The notes beneath the pieces were generated by a model that was given only the letters and a program-made list of their open reading frames with translations, was not told where the DNA came from and did not search any database. A stretch of 64,000 nucleotides of DNA, taken from Ophelia neglecta. Its lineage: Eukaryota. The first letter of the stretch is position 1. Each line of letters starts with the position of its first letter. This document shows, one piece after another, positions 11,701-25,288 of the stretch. The stretch spans positions 144,522,001 through 144,586,000 of the forward strand of contig OZ260661.1 of NCBI GenBank assembly GCA_965285935.1, given 5' to 3'. Position numbers and translations under genes: made by a program.

Positions 11701-13732
11701 TGACTAAGTCCCCAATGCACTTCACGAACAAACCAAATACACAACACACAACCCATTTTTTCAACTATTTATGAAATATGAGATAATCCATCTATTTATA
11801 TTATTGATGTTTATACTTGATTACGCTTGTCAAAATTTGATATTGAAATAGTAGCGATTCAACGTGGTCGTTCGCTAATACAGGGCAGGAGCGAACCGAC
11901 ATCGCCGTGCACTAACACCGGGCAGGACTAAATAGACATCATTTAGTCTCAGCCTCATTTCCTCAATAAGGAGTGATTAGTTTGTTCCCTTTTCACTCTT
12001 ACTAATGTCTGTTTATCCACTGGAACCCTATGTATTGAGTTTCGCTACAGTGCCTCTTTACAGAGACCATGTTATACAAACATCCGAGGTGATTAATCTT
12101 TTATAAGTTTTCCCAAATGATCATTACATTTTGTACTAGAGGCCAAATCGTTACCTTTTACCTGTGTTCACTGTCATAGGAATCGCTAGGTGTTTGTCAT
12201 ACATTGTTAATTAGCAGAAAAGTCATGTTTGACTCCTCGCTCAAATAACACGGAAAATATCGACCATCCACTATGCCCATAAAAAACTAATAGACTGTGT
12301 TAATAGTTAATATTTTATTATCCCTTCGGATTTATACAGGTCGTGTATGCCTTGGTATAGAGATACAGCCACAAAGTGATCAATATCTCAGAGTGAACAA
12401 TACTAGGTCTGTCTGGGATGGTTCGGCGTCTAAAGGTACACCTGGTGAAGTACCACTAAATTTTACTCTTCAGACAGTCATTGCTCGGACAGATATCTTC
12501 AGGTAGTAGTATATAAAGCGGTTGACGGCGTTTTGTTATTCTAATTTATACTTTATTGATTATCTGACGATGTTAAAACATCAACCTACACAATTAGGAC
12601 ATAGTACAATAATGTCTACAGTTTAGGACTAGGTTCCCCCGTTACTGGTTGTCTGCGATACTGGATTTGGGCCACATATACGTCCCGTGGCGTCCAATCA
12701 TAGTTTGCTTCCCGTCAGAAGCAAATGGGCCTTACTTTATTAATGCATCGCTTCATTAATATAAAAATAATCGTCATCACTATGATATTATTGATTATGA
12801 CTTGCTGCATAAAACAGACCAGTGCTGTAGCTGCGGAAGCAGATTGATTAAAGGATCTATCTTAATATTGCTGCTGGCCACTGATTGATTCATTCTTTCA
12901 TGGCAAGGCTTTAGAAACTGAATTTCAAAGTTCTCTCTTGTCAGATGATTGATGGTGAACCAAACATATTTTACTATGTTCTACAGATTATGACTATTGA
13001 TCCAATTCGTTAATGAGAATTGATTATCAGTTTCCAAGGTGACTGTGGGTTTAAAACAGCCATGCAATAAAAATTTATATGAATTTGGAAAATACCGCAA
13101 GCCAATAGCTTCATTAATTGCAAAAAAAGGCAAATTATGACAAAAAGCCAATATAATGTACAGTTTTAGAGTGTAAATTGGCTCAACAATTGAGATCCAC
13201 AATCAACAACGACTAGGGAAGCACGGCAGTGGCAGAGTGAGGCTGGCCGTCATATTGTAATCTGGCAGCGCGGTAAAAGACGGGGGTCTTCTCCAAGGCC
13301 AGTTAATCATCTCTGGCACAATCCATATAAACCACTCTTACCAATTAAGATGATTGCCTGTGATTCGGTTTGCCGGAGGTGGCTAGCTAGAACTACAGAC
13401 TGCTGAGTCAAAAGGAGCTTTAGTTTGGCTCAGTGCGAATACAACAAACTGTTATATATACGCTGATGCTAGTTAAAGCACAAGGAAAAATAACAGTTAA
13501 TGGCTTTGAGAGTTGTTGGCTCTAACTGAAAACTAATTTGCTGGAGAAGTCTGCGCTATAGAATTGTGGCTGGATCTTCACCAACATAGGTAACTAATGG
13601 GAGTGTATTACAAAAGGACAGGTGATTTCATATTTCGCTAATACTTGTGATAGGCAGTATCACTGGAAATACTAAACGAAGGAAGACAGTAGAAATCTCT
13701 TTCATTGTCCGTGTCCGCCGTTCACACTCAGG

Positions 13733-13771
13733 ATGTACACAGGAGTTCACTCGAGCAGGGCAAACGACAAG
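13733..13771 (+). CDS. Candidate alternative first exon MYTGVHSSRANDK (phase 0)
   Basis: ATG, 13 codons, AAG|GTTAGT. Short enough to be a chance match. Confidence 0.4.
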
Positions 13772-14874
13772 GTTAGTTTGGTTAACAAACTAAACATCCT
13801 CTCATTGTAATGTAAATATGTGGTTTATTTGTTTCCATGCTGTTATGGTTTGTTGTGCCATAATAGTAGTTTGCATGCAGTAATTCCCGATTTAACTAGC
13901 AGGGGTTAACTTTAAAAACCCCCACTTGGTCAATCCACTATAATGTTCACCTTATAATTGCCCTCAATCCAGTATGGAAATTATGTATTTCCTCTTGGAG
14001 CTATTGTGGAAAAATGCGGAATGAAGATGAAAGAGAAGTTATATTGTGCAAGGCGCCGGCGCGTTGAACTAAACATACAATGAAGAATGTGTGCTTTGTG
14101 TATGAAGAATGACTGCTCTATTTTGATAATAGGCAAGAGAGTGCTGTTTTTATTATATCATGTTTCTATCCGGCATAAGAATTCTATTCGGTTTGAGTTG
14201 AAGTCGATCTAGTCCATGTTGTATCAGATTGGGGAAAGCCTGTCTGTCCTTTATTGAATCAGATTTTTTAAATAATAACTTTTAAATTTATGTTATCTTG
14301 TATAAGATCAAAGTTATATCATTTGTATCGTTCTGTAGTAAATACTACAAAAGAAACATTTATCCACAATACATATTCTCATCAAGCATTGTGGTTATTT
14401 GAAAAAATAACGTTAATTATTTAATTTGATGGACACATTACTATCATTTACGGATTTGTTGCCTTTCTCCGGAGCTAGTTTGCATGTCAGATTGCCCTTC
14501 CGTGTTTGTACTGTATTTATACTTAACATACGAACTTTAGCAGAGGTATGTAACCCTGTAGGACTTCTGTGCGATCGGGCCCTCATCATGGACACTGTTG
14601 ACTATTTCTTATTGCCAGTTTTATCGATATTTTGTTTGAAATTTTGTAACAGGTTTCTTTACTGTTGAGATATTTATTAATGGGTGTGGGGCTGTGGCTG
14701 CGGGTTGATTTTGGACCGTTTTGATGGACTATTCTTGACTAATAGTTTGCATTTGTCTGACGGGTATGCGCTCCCGTTTTTTTAAGAATTCACACATCGT
14801 GCGTCCACATTTTACAAGGGGATATGAATTTAATTTTGGAATTGACTTGTTTTCTCGTAACTTACATACATATT

Positions 14875-15052
14875 CATTAAAACCTGTCTAATCAGGTCAG
14901 TCAAGAAACTGGAAAAACTGACCACATTATGCAGGTGCCCTTAATAGGCAGGTCAGTTAACACCGGAATAAATGGACATTGTGCAATTAGTTAGTGACCT
15001 TAATTGGCAGGTGACCTTATTACACAGGTGACCACAAACACAGGTTTCACTG
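14875..15052 (-). mobile_element. MITE related to family A (internal GTGACC rather than GTGGTC motifs)
   Basis: 178 bp, right end CAGGTTTCACTG-TA, degenerate left end cattaaaacctg. Confidence 0.75.
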
Positions 15053-15519
15053 TAATGGAAAGGACAGCTAATTTAAAGCCTAGACTATCATACAGCCTCA
15101 TAAAAACGCGCAACTCTTGATGTAAAATGTTAATGAACGAAGGCAGGATTGCCTCTCGCTGTGGACATAAGCTGTCGATACTCTCCCACAAATTAGCCTT
15201 CCTTACAGCAGGAACGAGTTATTTGTGCGAATGCCATCAATCACATGTCAACCCGGAGCCCTATCCGATGGCCTGATGGTCTTCACATGCAGTTATAACA
15301 TGTAAGTGTGGGGTATCGATTGTTACAAAACAGGCAGAGGGATATGAAATGATGATAACATGACAGTTAGGGTATTGATTGGTACAACAGGCACACAGTT
15401 GATATATGGAGATATCATGGTAGTTAGGGTAATGCGTGTAACAGCACACAGTGGGGTCTAACATGGAGAAAAAAACATGCCAGTTAGTGTCAGACTGTGG
15501 TAATATCATGTCACTTATT

Positions 15520-15747
15520 GGGCTTTTGATTAAAAGCGGAGGCGCGGAGCCTTGCGGAGGTGAAATCAGAAATTAGAACAGAGCACTAGACCTATCAAAC
15601 CTGTCCCTAACCCTCCCCCTAACCCTAAAATTAACCCTCCGTCCTAACCCTTTCCTTGCTGACGATTATTTACTTCATGCCACTCAGAAATACTCATGAC
15701 CTCCGCCTCCGCATAGCCTCCGAACCTCCGCGTTTAATCAATAGCCC
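15520..15747. mobile_element. MITE with ~41-bp TIRs, 6-bp TSD (CTTATT) and internal CCCTAA motifs
   Basis: Left GGGCTTTTGATTAAAAGCGGAGG, right CCTCCGCGTTTAATCAATAGCCC, with CTTATT at 15514-15519 and 15748-15753. Confidence 0.85.
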
Positions 15748-15811
15748 CTTATTAAGTGTTATAACATACACTGAGATGACGTATTACGAGTTTTTCGGGA
15801 GACATGAGGTG

Positions 15812-16645
15812 CTATATGGATAGACCACGCCAGTGAGATTGTCGGAGATGGTTTCAGCAGACCGGCCTAGACTTCCTGACCTTCAGTCTATATGTATAGT
15901 TCACGTCAGTGAGATTGTTGGAGATGGTTTCAGCAGACCGGCCTAGACTTCCTGACCTTCAGTCTATATGTATAGATCACGTCAGTGAGATTGTTGGAGA
16001 TGGTTTCAGCAGACCGGCCTAGACTTCCTGACCTTCAGTCTATATGTATAGTTCACGTCAGTTAGATTGTTGGAGATGGTTTCAGCAGACAGGCCTAGAC
16101 TTCCTGACTTTCAGTCTATATGTATAGTTCACGTCAGTGAGATTGTTGGAGATGGTTTCAGCAGACAGGCCTAGACTTCCTGACTTTCAGTCTATATGGA
16201 TAGTTCACGTCAGTGAGATTGTTGGAGAGGGTTTCAGCAGACCGGCCTAGACTTCCTGACTTTCAGTCTATATGTATAGTTCACGCCAGTGAGATTGTTG
16301 GAGATGGTTTCAGCAGACCGGCCTAGACTTCCTGACTTTCAGTCTATATGTATAGTTCACGTCAGTGAGATTGTTGGAGATGGTTTCAGCAGACCGGCCT
16401 AGACTTCCTGACTTTCAGTCTATATGGATAGACCACGTCAGTTAGATTGTTGGAGATGGTTTCAGCAGACCGGCCTAGACTTCCTGACTTTCAGTCTATA
16501 TGTATAGTTCACGTCAGTGAGATTGTTGGAGATGGTTTCAGCAGACAGGCCTAGACTTCCTGACTTTCAGTCTATATGGATAGACCACGTCAGTTAGATT
16601 GTTGGAGATGGTTTCAGCAGACAGGCCTAGGCTTCCTGACTTTCA
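15812..16645. repeat. 76-bp tandem repeat, ~11 near-identical copies
   Basis: cagtgagatt recurs at 15831, 15907, 15983 and onward with no spacers. Confidence 0.97.
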
Positions 16646-17314
16646 ATACACCGTTTGCTTTACGCGGGACGTTTCCGAAATACCACCGATCCCAAACAAT
16701 TTCAATACTGATTATTAGAATGAGAGCTATACAATAGTAGATATTACGCAGGGGCCTATGCATGTATGTGAATGAGAAATTGAGAGGTATGCATTGTCAC
16801 ATTGTTGCATTCATCTGGGTTTGGTACGGAGGAACATCCAACAATATTAAATTGCAGGAATAGAAAAAAAAATTTGACAATATATCTAGATGTAAGATTA
16901 AGCCTATTCCCTCTTTTATCAACTGTCCCCTGCTCGCAGAGTCTAAACAATTCTATTCAAATAATTTATAATATAGAAAGATCATAACCATTTGTCTCAT
17001 TGACAAGCGATCTACAACTAGCGTCTGTTTTAAAAGATACTACAACAGCCTGATTAAAACATCGACGTTTTCCTTCGACCAGCCTGCGCTACTACGTCCG
17101 GGCTTGCAACTACTGTGCACAAAGGCAGTGTAAGTAGTTTTGTAGTTTGTTGTAGAAAAGCCTACACTTTCTGGGAGGCCACCAAGTGACATGTCAAATA
17201 CGAGAAAACAGCTTTGAGCCAAGTTTCATAAGGTCATACTACTCATGATATGTAGACTATAAAACATCATAATAGATTCTTATACTAGTTGACTTCTTAT
17301 TCTACTTATTTTGG

Positions 17315-17610
17315 TTGATGGACCCCAGAACTCCAGTGGTTCTCGTTTTATGTTTAGTGAATTCCGAGTTCAAGTTTTAAATTGGACGTACTTGGACCCC
17401 AGAGCTCCCATGAGTCACGTTTTGTGTTTAGTGGTTAACCGTGTCATGTTATATTCGGCGAATTTGGAGCTCAGAACTCAAGTAATTCTTGTTTTATGTT
17501 TAGAGATTTCCTAGTTCATGTTATATTGGGCGTAATGGGACCCCAGAACTCCAGTGATCCTCGTTTTATGCTAAGAGATTTCCTGGTTTATGCTTTATAT
17601 TGGGCGTAAT
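17315..17610. repeat. Degenerate ~73-bp tandem repeat x4
   Basis: Recurring ggaccccagaactccagtg..tcgttttatg.ttag. Confidence 0.7.
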
Positions 17611-19873
17611 GCCATAACCTTACAATAAGCAGTTAATGGTTAACTGTTGCCAGAAAACATCGGTAAACAAACATTTACATATTATTTATAATTTAACTTA
17701 ATATCAATGGTAAATTATGTGGATGATTTTAATTGATAGAAATTTTGAGCAACAGGAGTAATGAGTTATGGCCATCCATTGGGAGCTAATGGATGGCCAT
17801 AAATTAAATCGATAATGAAAAAAAATATGCTATAGGTATAGTAAGATCATGACATCCTGTTGTTGTAATAAAGTATCTACTATTTTACTGATGCTTGATC
17901 GTAGGGATGAAATTAAAGCCCGAGGACTATAAAAATGTTAAGTTATTTAGTTGAGCGCTGTTGATTGCACATTGTAATATTATGTTAGTTTGAACTATTT
18001 TGTGGTGTAGTTTGTGTTGTCAGGTTTTTACTATTATACGTTCATTGCAACATACTAATCACACCAAATCGACAGCAAAAGGTGAATTCCTTAGAATAAA
18101 ACGTATATACTTAAGATGTGACAAAATCAGCTACATTCTAATATGACAAACGTATGTGATGAGCTATCAGGAAAAAATGACCTGGTTGCATGAACAAACG
18201 CGTGGATGGAGGGTAGAAGAAATGTATGCGAGTGTGAGTGTGTGTGTGTGTGTGTGTTGGGGGGATTTATATGGCAGAGATAAGGGAGGTTAGACAGGGC
18301 CTTGTCCAAGCCGGGCGATAAATGAAGTGGAAAAGATAGGTGGGGATATATTATAAAGTTGGAGGATAGGGAGGATACCGAGGGGTCTTGTTCAAAGCGG
18401 GCGCAAGGAAGTGGGGAGGGGTTGGAAAGTTCTGAGTTAAGTCGGGGTGGAGAGTGGAGTAGGGGTGGGGTGGGAGTGGTGGTGAGGGGGAGTAAAATTA
18501 ATGGTTAGGCAAGCTAGTAAGTACGAAGTGTGCTTTCCGAAAAACCCTTTATTAATATACAAAAAAAAACACTAAATCTGAACGTGCTTGCAACACCATT
18601 CCGCAAAGCGGAGGGCGTTCTATAATAGATCAGCTGTGGCTGCTGCAGCGTTTAATGTGACCTCCCATTACCCACGGAAGTCCACACGGCCTCCCATCAA
18701 TAGAGACGTCCACTTAGTCCACCAAATACCCGCTAGAACGTGTACAAAAATACCCTGAATCAACAGACTATCAGCGCTCGCTTGACTGTCACTTACCATT
18801 GCACGGACTTCTGTAAACTAGGTAATGAACTTCGGATAACGCAGCTCGCAGATAACAAATAAGGCATACTAAAACAATAGTAATGGACGGTTTTCGCGGC
18901 TACTCAGAGGCATATATAACAAGCCAAAGGCGGGTTATTTTATCCTCAGGATAGGCAAATAAACGTCCATTGAACCTCTTAGTCCCCGCTGGCTGCTAAC
19001 ACAGAATGATGCGAAATTGCCCAGATATACGTTGTGAGTCGCCGCCAGTAGAGATTCATATAAATTCGCAGTGTACAACAGAACAAAAACAAAGAAATGA
19101 GAAATATGGAAAAACAAGCCAAAATGTAAGAACAATAGAAAGTCGCTCAAGCAATTCGGATACCGATCTGGATTTTTTTTAGATTTTGATTAGTTTATCT
19201 AAAAACACTTGATAATAACGACGTCAATTGCGGAATAAATTTTACATTTTATCTGGATGGAGCCGTCTGTCAGGCTTATTTCATACAGAAGATGTACACT
19301 TTAACATGGAGGTGACCGTCTGCCAGGCTTGTTTTAATACGGAGGACATCTTCTTTAGTTTAAACATATTTATTTATTATGGCTTTCCCCAGAATACTTC
19401 TGCCAAATAAGGCATACTTCTTCTTTAACATGGAGGTGGCCGTCTGCCAGGCCTGTTTAATACAGAAGAGACCAGAAACTATTAGGGAACATCTGGCGGA
19501 ATGCCATGGAGAGCATCAGTGGTAATCAATAAATGGGTCAGGTCAATAAAGGTCACGGATCCTAATCTATAGAATGGAGGCTTCGTACTCAATACAACGG
19601 AAATAGCTTTCTCAGTAAAGAGCCTGGATTGTAATCAAGAAAGGAGATAAATCAAACCCTCTCGCTGGAGGGAGGAGGGGAATGTAAGCTATATGGGTTT
19701 GAAATATACTGCATGTACCAGGATCCTAGCTAAGGCCAATATCAAAGGGGCTATGCGTGCTAACTAGGTCCATTATCTCCTTCCTGGCTTACCTACTAAA
19801 ATATAAGGAAGTCCCCAGCCCCCATCCCGCCCCGGGTTTATAGCATAGCAGATCAATAAAATGTCCGCTCTTT

Positions 19874-20426
19874 TTGTTAACATCCACGGTTTTGAACATT
19901 TGTTTGGGCGTAGTCCGAATCATGCCTATATCGCATGCATTGGTTAGTAGGTGGGTATGCTGCTGGTATTAAGACTAGACTTAAGACGAGGCGAGAGTAA
20001 AGTTATATATCTGTCGGAGTACCAACAAAACCCACCTACTAATCATTTTATAACCGTCAAAACTCAATCGCCACGCGTTGCCTAAGTGCAGAGATATTCG
20101 GAGTGGGTAGCTCGAGATGATGGTAACATATTTTCTATTGGGAAAATTGTATTTTATCATTGCGTTTGTCTATGTATGACTGCATACACGATACGAAGTT
20201 CACAGCGATTTGCACATTTTGTTTTCACGAGTTTCATACACTCAAGATTGGGTGATTTATATTTCGTCACTCTTGCTGATTCGGCAATAGGCAATGAAGC
20301 AATAATTCACCCGGCGTGGAATTCCAGAAGGTTTGAGACATAATACCCACCTACTAACCAAATCATGCGATATATACATGATACGGACTACGCCCATCAA
20401 ATGTTAGAAACTGTGGGTGTTAACAA
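19874..20426. mobile_element. Long-TIR (fold-back type) non-autonomous element
   Basis: Arms 19874-19958 and 20343-20426 are ~85-bp inverted repeats, with TTAA near both outer ends. Confidence 0.85.
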
Positions 20427-22128
20427 TAGTTTTTGCACACGTTCTTGTTTTAGACTTGAGTCTGAGATGCATGGGAACGTATGAAAAAGTCATTGTTATT
20501 ACCTGATCTTAGTCAAAACATTAGTCAAAACTTATATCTCCAACCTTCCAGAATTGTACCCTAGATAACAGCCTGGCGTCCGTGACTAAATGGTCTGCCA
20601 TGCCACGAGTATTGGTGTGAGTGAGACCTACTGCCGGGTGTTATGTACAGTGATTAATGGTTATTGTGGTTAGCCAGACGAACGGAACAAACATCAGCTA
20701 TATGAGAAGTTAGGTGGCCGACAACTGATACGTGTTATATACGGCTGTTCTACCTACCTGGAATACAGAGAACAGATAAACGCCATGCCCTTAAAACAGA
20801 GCCTCGTGGCAATCCATCTGATAACTCACTTAGCTTGAAATGTCCACGAACATCACGTCGACACACTTATAAACCGGGTGTTCATACCCAGCACACAACG
20901 CCGACTATTTAACCTATAACACCGCTCTGAATTTTTTTTTCTTGTCATGAATTGTGATTGCATATAGACACGGTGTGTAGACTGTAAAGCTCTAGTGCCA
21001 TATGTATGTTCAGGAAATTGTACATGCCATGTACTCTGGGCCACTATGGAAACAAATCATGCACTGTTTGACCTTTGGTGCATCCTTTATGTGCAATAAG
21101 CCTAGTCCTGTGAATAAAACCAAATCGACTAAAATTAAATCAATCAATCAAAGAAATCAACAGGAACAATGGGCTGCAGAGTCGCAAACAGCAGTTCTCT
21201 TTTCCTCATAGCAAATAGGCATCTAACGAAATAGAATCCAAGGCAATATGATATCGGTCTTAAGACCGGATTGGAATAGAATGACGTTAGGGACTTTGGG
21301 TGTTGAAAAAAGTACGGGAGTTGACACTCTTGAAGCAATGCAAAAATATATTTCTCAGAGAGTATGCATCAAATCCCACTTCCCAGAAATATCAACTGTG
21401 GGTTAATTTTCTGTCAAAGAATTCTGTTTGCTGACTACCTTGTCTCTCCAATTATTAGTTATTGTAAGAATACGTTTGTTTTAGGAATGAAAAAAGTTCG
21501 TTTCTTCCCTCACAAGCCACCCCCTCCCTCCGCAACCACAAACGACTCGTCCTGAACGAGACGGTTGTAGCCAGAAGTCGATGACACAATGTATTGCGAA
21601 TATCAAATACGCCTGAGAAAGTTTACTATATCATTCCCTAGCCCTTGAGCCCGGTGTCTATAGGCCTTCATCTGTCTTACATTATCGCGTCGGTTTGATG
21701 GCTCCGCGGCCATATATACAGGCGTAGCGAGCGACAGTCGATTGTCCCATGATGTTTACAATAAATACACCAAGTCAAGCCGCCTTCAGGAGATGACATA
21801 TCATTCCTTGGGTATTAAGAAAGCGCTTATTCACGTCAGTCGGAGTATAGGAGAACCTATGACTATATAGGCCAACTAGGTATTTCAACACAACTTAGAG
21901 CCAGGTTAAACATCATATGTGATCAAACTATACATGTACAACGGCGACAGTGAAATAAAGGAAAATATACGAGGACTATTCACCGTATTAAATAACCATT
22001 GGATCTCCGAGGCGACTGTTATGCAGAGGAGTTCATGGCAGCGTGATAGTTATATAAATAGGACGGATTAAATAATGAACCCTTTAGGGGAACAATTTTG
22101 GTAAACTGGAATACAAAATAACAGGAAC

Positions 22129-22206
22129 ATGAACGCTGGGGCGTCCACCTCGACAGCTGTTCAAGATACACACAAGAGGCAGGCACAGGACGACCTGGAT
22201 CTAGAG
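22129..22206 (+). CDS. Candidate first coding exon MNAGASTSTAVQDTHKRQAQDDLDLE (phase 0), DPP10-like N-terminus
   Basis: aacATG, 26 open codons, GAG|GTAGGT, TATA-like tatataaata at 22051. Resembles from memory the human DPP10 start MNQTASVS. Confidence 0.65.
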
Positions 22207-22579
22207 GTAGGTAAAAAAGGTCACAAAAAGCTGGTACATGATGAACTTGATATAGTATAGGTCAAGATGGCCAGAGGAGTCAGGTACAAGACGACCTGGA
22301 TCTATAGGTAGGTTAATATACGCATAGGAGGCTGATACAGGACGGCCTGGATGGAAGCGGCGAAAGTAGACTTTGAAGAGACCACTCATTAGGGACATGG
22401 TACAAAAATTCCATAGGAGCACTGTTTAAATAAGGAAATATGTTTGTTATCACCTGCTTCCTAGCCTGTGAATCGGAATATTCCCTCATCATGCTTTACT
22501 AGGTTTACTTTACGGGAAATCATATATTTTCCCTCACGTTTTGATTTTCTGTACATAGCCAGTGTATTTTTATCTATTA

Positions 22580-22970
22580 AATATTAACCTGTCATATTAC
22601 CATACATAGGCTTAATGCCATTATAAATCACTTGCCATTACATATTGGTTTGACATAAAACCTGATAAATCACTTAATATTGCCTAGTGTCAGATTTAGA
22701 TTTGACGTATACCACTTTACAGTACATCACTTGCCTTGGTCTGGTACCTGATATAGGTTTGTACGCTTAGCATTATTTGTCCTTTCTACCTGATCAAGTA
22801 CCAGAAATTGCTTGACGTATACCATTATAAGTTATTAATCGTGGTCAAGTGCCTGATATTGCTTTAACGCATAACATTATCATCATCTAACATGGTCTTC
22901 TACCAAATATTGATTTGACGTATACCATTATACCTAACTTGAAATGCTCACTTGCCAGACATAGGATTAG
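22580..22970. repeat. Old degenerate ~57-bp tandem array (tttgacgtataccattata core)
   Basis: Core motif recurs several times between ~22650 and ~22930. Confidence 0.6.
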
Positions 22971-23839
22971 TACAAGAATATCAAAGACAATTATTTATAA
23001 CTACGCATTGATCTAATTGTTTGATAATACTGTGGCAGAAGTTTAACTCAATAAATTCAAGAAATTCTAATATATTAGGGATCCAGCCTCGAAACCCTAG
23101 TATATTATGTTCTTCGGTCCCAACATACCGGTATATTATGTCCTTGGGTTTTACTACCCTGGGTTATGAGTCCATGAGACTGGAAAAATTAGACGTTGAA
23201 AGAGTTAGAATATAAGTGTAAAGAAAACGTATTCGGAGCGTTACTGGTGCATGGTAAATAAAGATAAAAAACACATCTACTTCATTCAGTAGCGTTACAA
23301 TGTCGGCATGTAAAATTCACCGATCCGTCGATAAATACACAAGGGGAAGTGTGTTTCAATCTACTACATCTGGCTAGGCAAAATATTATATGCATTAATT
23401 ATAAGCATTACCAATGTTACCGTTGCTGAACCAGTGTACAATGAAAACACCTGAGTGTCGATTTTCCTGCTAGTTTTAATGTATCAGCCTATAATAGAAT
23501 GTACTATATTGATGATAATAGGACGATGATTCGCACCGAGGCAATAGACGTTTCTTGATAAATGAATTTGCTGTGTCTGCCGGGTATTAATTAGTCAGGT
23601 GCCAGCACAAAAGTGACATATTATACTCGTCTGAGAGATCCAAAGCTTAGCATAGAAAGGAGTCAATACCCTGAGAGACAACATATGCTCCTCTCAGAGA
23701 CAACTTGTTGATTCTCATTGCAAGTGATATTAAACTCTATGTTTTCATTAATATTATTTGCATTACAAGTTACTGTTTAGGAGCTGGAGATTGATTTATT
23801 TATGTGTGTGTGTGTGTGTGTGTGCGAGGGTGGGTGTAG

Positions 23840-23871
<32 letters not shown>

Positions 23872-25090
23872 GGGGGGGTCGTGGTTGCGTGGTTGCTGGT
23901 GATTTCGGACCCATTTCATTTTCAGGATTAATGATTCGGTGTTGTCTGACGGGCCTCCACTCCTGTTTTTCGTATAGCCATTCCCGTCAATATAAACAGG
24001 AATCACCGCCAAATGTATGGCACTCCCCCCTCCCCCTCCCTGCGCATTTTCCACACTTCTCAATACTTCCTCCCAGCTCAAATAATTAGCAGCATTTATG
24101 ATCATAACTTGCATTGAAGAGAAAAAATTCGCTTAATAAACCCGAAGTGAATTAGAATTCTCAGGCTTAATATAATTTTCTGAAATCGGCCAAAAGGGTG
24201 GCTGAAAAAAGAAAATGAAGATCGCCCCGACAAAATGCCAAATACTGCTTAAGCCAATCCCCTTTTATGCCCCCTCCCTCTCCCCCGCCACAAACACAAG
24301 CTCCCCTTCCTACACCTCCCACACCCCTCTCGTAATGTGTTTACTTATTTACTGTCTACCAGAACTTACTATTGTAATCTAATAAAATACGAAGCCCTAT
24401 TGCATCTCTCTAGCATTACTTTAATGTCCAAAATACTGGTTGAAATATGCCTCATTAGATAATCCTGCTCTCGAAGTGTAGCTGGGATACAATAATAATA
24501 TGATCCGCGAAACGGGTATCATCAAAAATTATATACTACTTTATATATACTACTTTTGGCCAAAACATATTCGCATTGTTCATCGGTTCAAATGGCGCAT
24601 TGTGTGGGTTTCCGCCAGTGCCAACTCCCGCGATGCTCAAATCACACACTTCAAACAGTTATTCATCTAAGCAGAAACACGATCTGAAGAGGCTGATCAC
24701 CCGTGGCTTCTATTCCATAAACGTTTCAGTCCTATTGTTAAGCCTCCATCCGTACTGCCGATCATGGCGGGAATTCCTTTTTAAAGAGGTCTTCCAGTAT
24801 GTTGGAATCTGATAAGTGTGTGGTGACATTCTGCTATCAATTGTAGTAATTGGAAGGCAGCTGTAAGCCAAGTGGAATTATATGGCATTGGTTCATCGGT
24901 GTCGCTTGGTAACGTGTGGTATGGACCACCCAGTGGCGTATATCAGGCAATAAATATCGTCCACTCAGAGTTTAATAGCCATGTATGGTCGCGGACCACA
25001 CCCGAGGGATAGTAATCTACCACTATGGACTTGTGGTATGGCAATATATGGCTGCCATACGTAAGGTGTCCTGTGACCATCTACAGGCAT

Positions 25091-25288
25091 CAGTGGCGTA
25101 TTTAGGGGGGAGGGGGGGGGGGCGGGCCCCCCCTTTTGCCAAAAAGTGGGCCAGGACCAGGGCCTATTTCTGGACCCACGCAAGGTGGTTTCAGAGGGTT
25201 GGTACCGGGGACAATCCAGACTTAGGCCTTGTCAATCTTGGAATATTTGCCCCCCCCCCCCTTTGCTGAAATCCTGGATCCGCCACTG
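25091..25288. mobile_element. hAT-like MITE (CAGTGGCG...CCTGGATCCGCCACTG) with G/C tracts
   Basis: Terminal inverted repeats and poly-G/poly-C subterminal tracts. The TSD is not clean. Confidence 0.7.

Noticed and set aside
15812-16645. CRISPR-like regular array
   Set aside because: Head-to-tail 76-bp units with no unique spacers, no cas genes and a eukaryotic context.
18791-19160. Minus-strand exon ending ATG|GTAAGT
   Set aside because: No downstream minus-strand coding exons were found, and a single donor match is insufficient.
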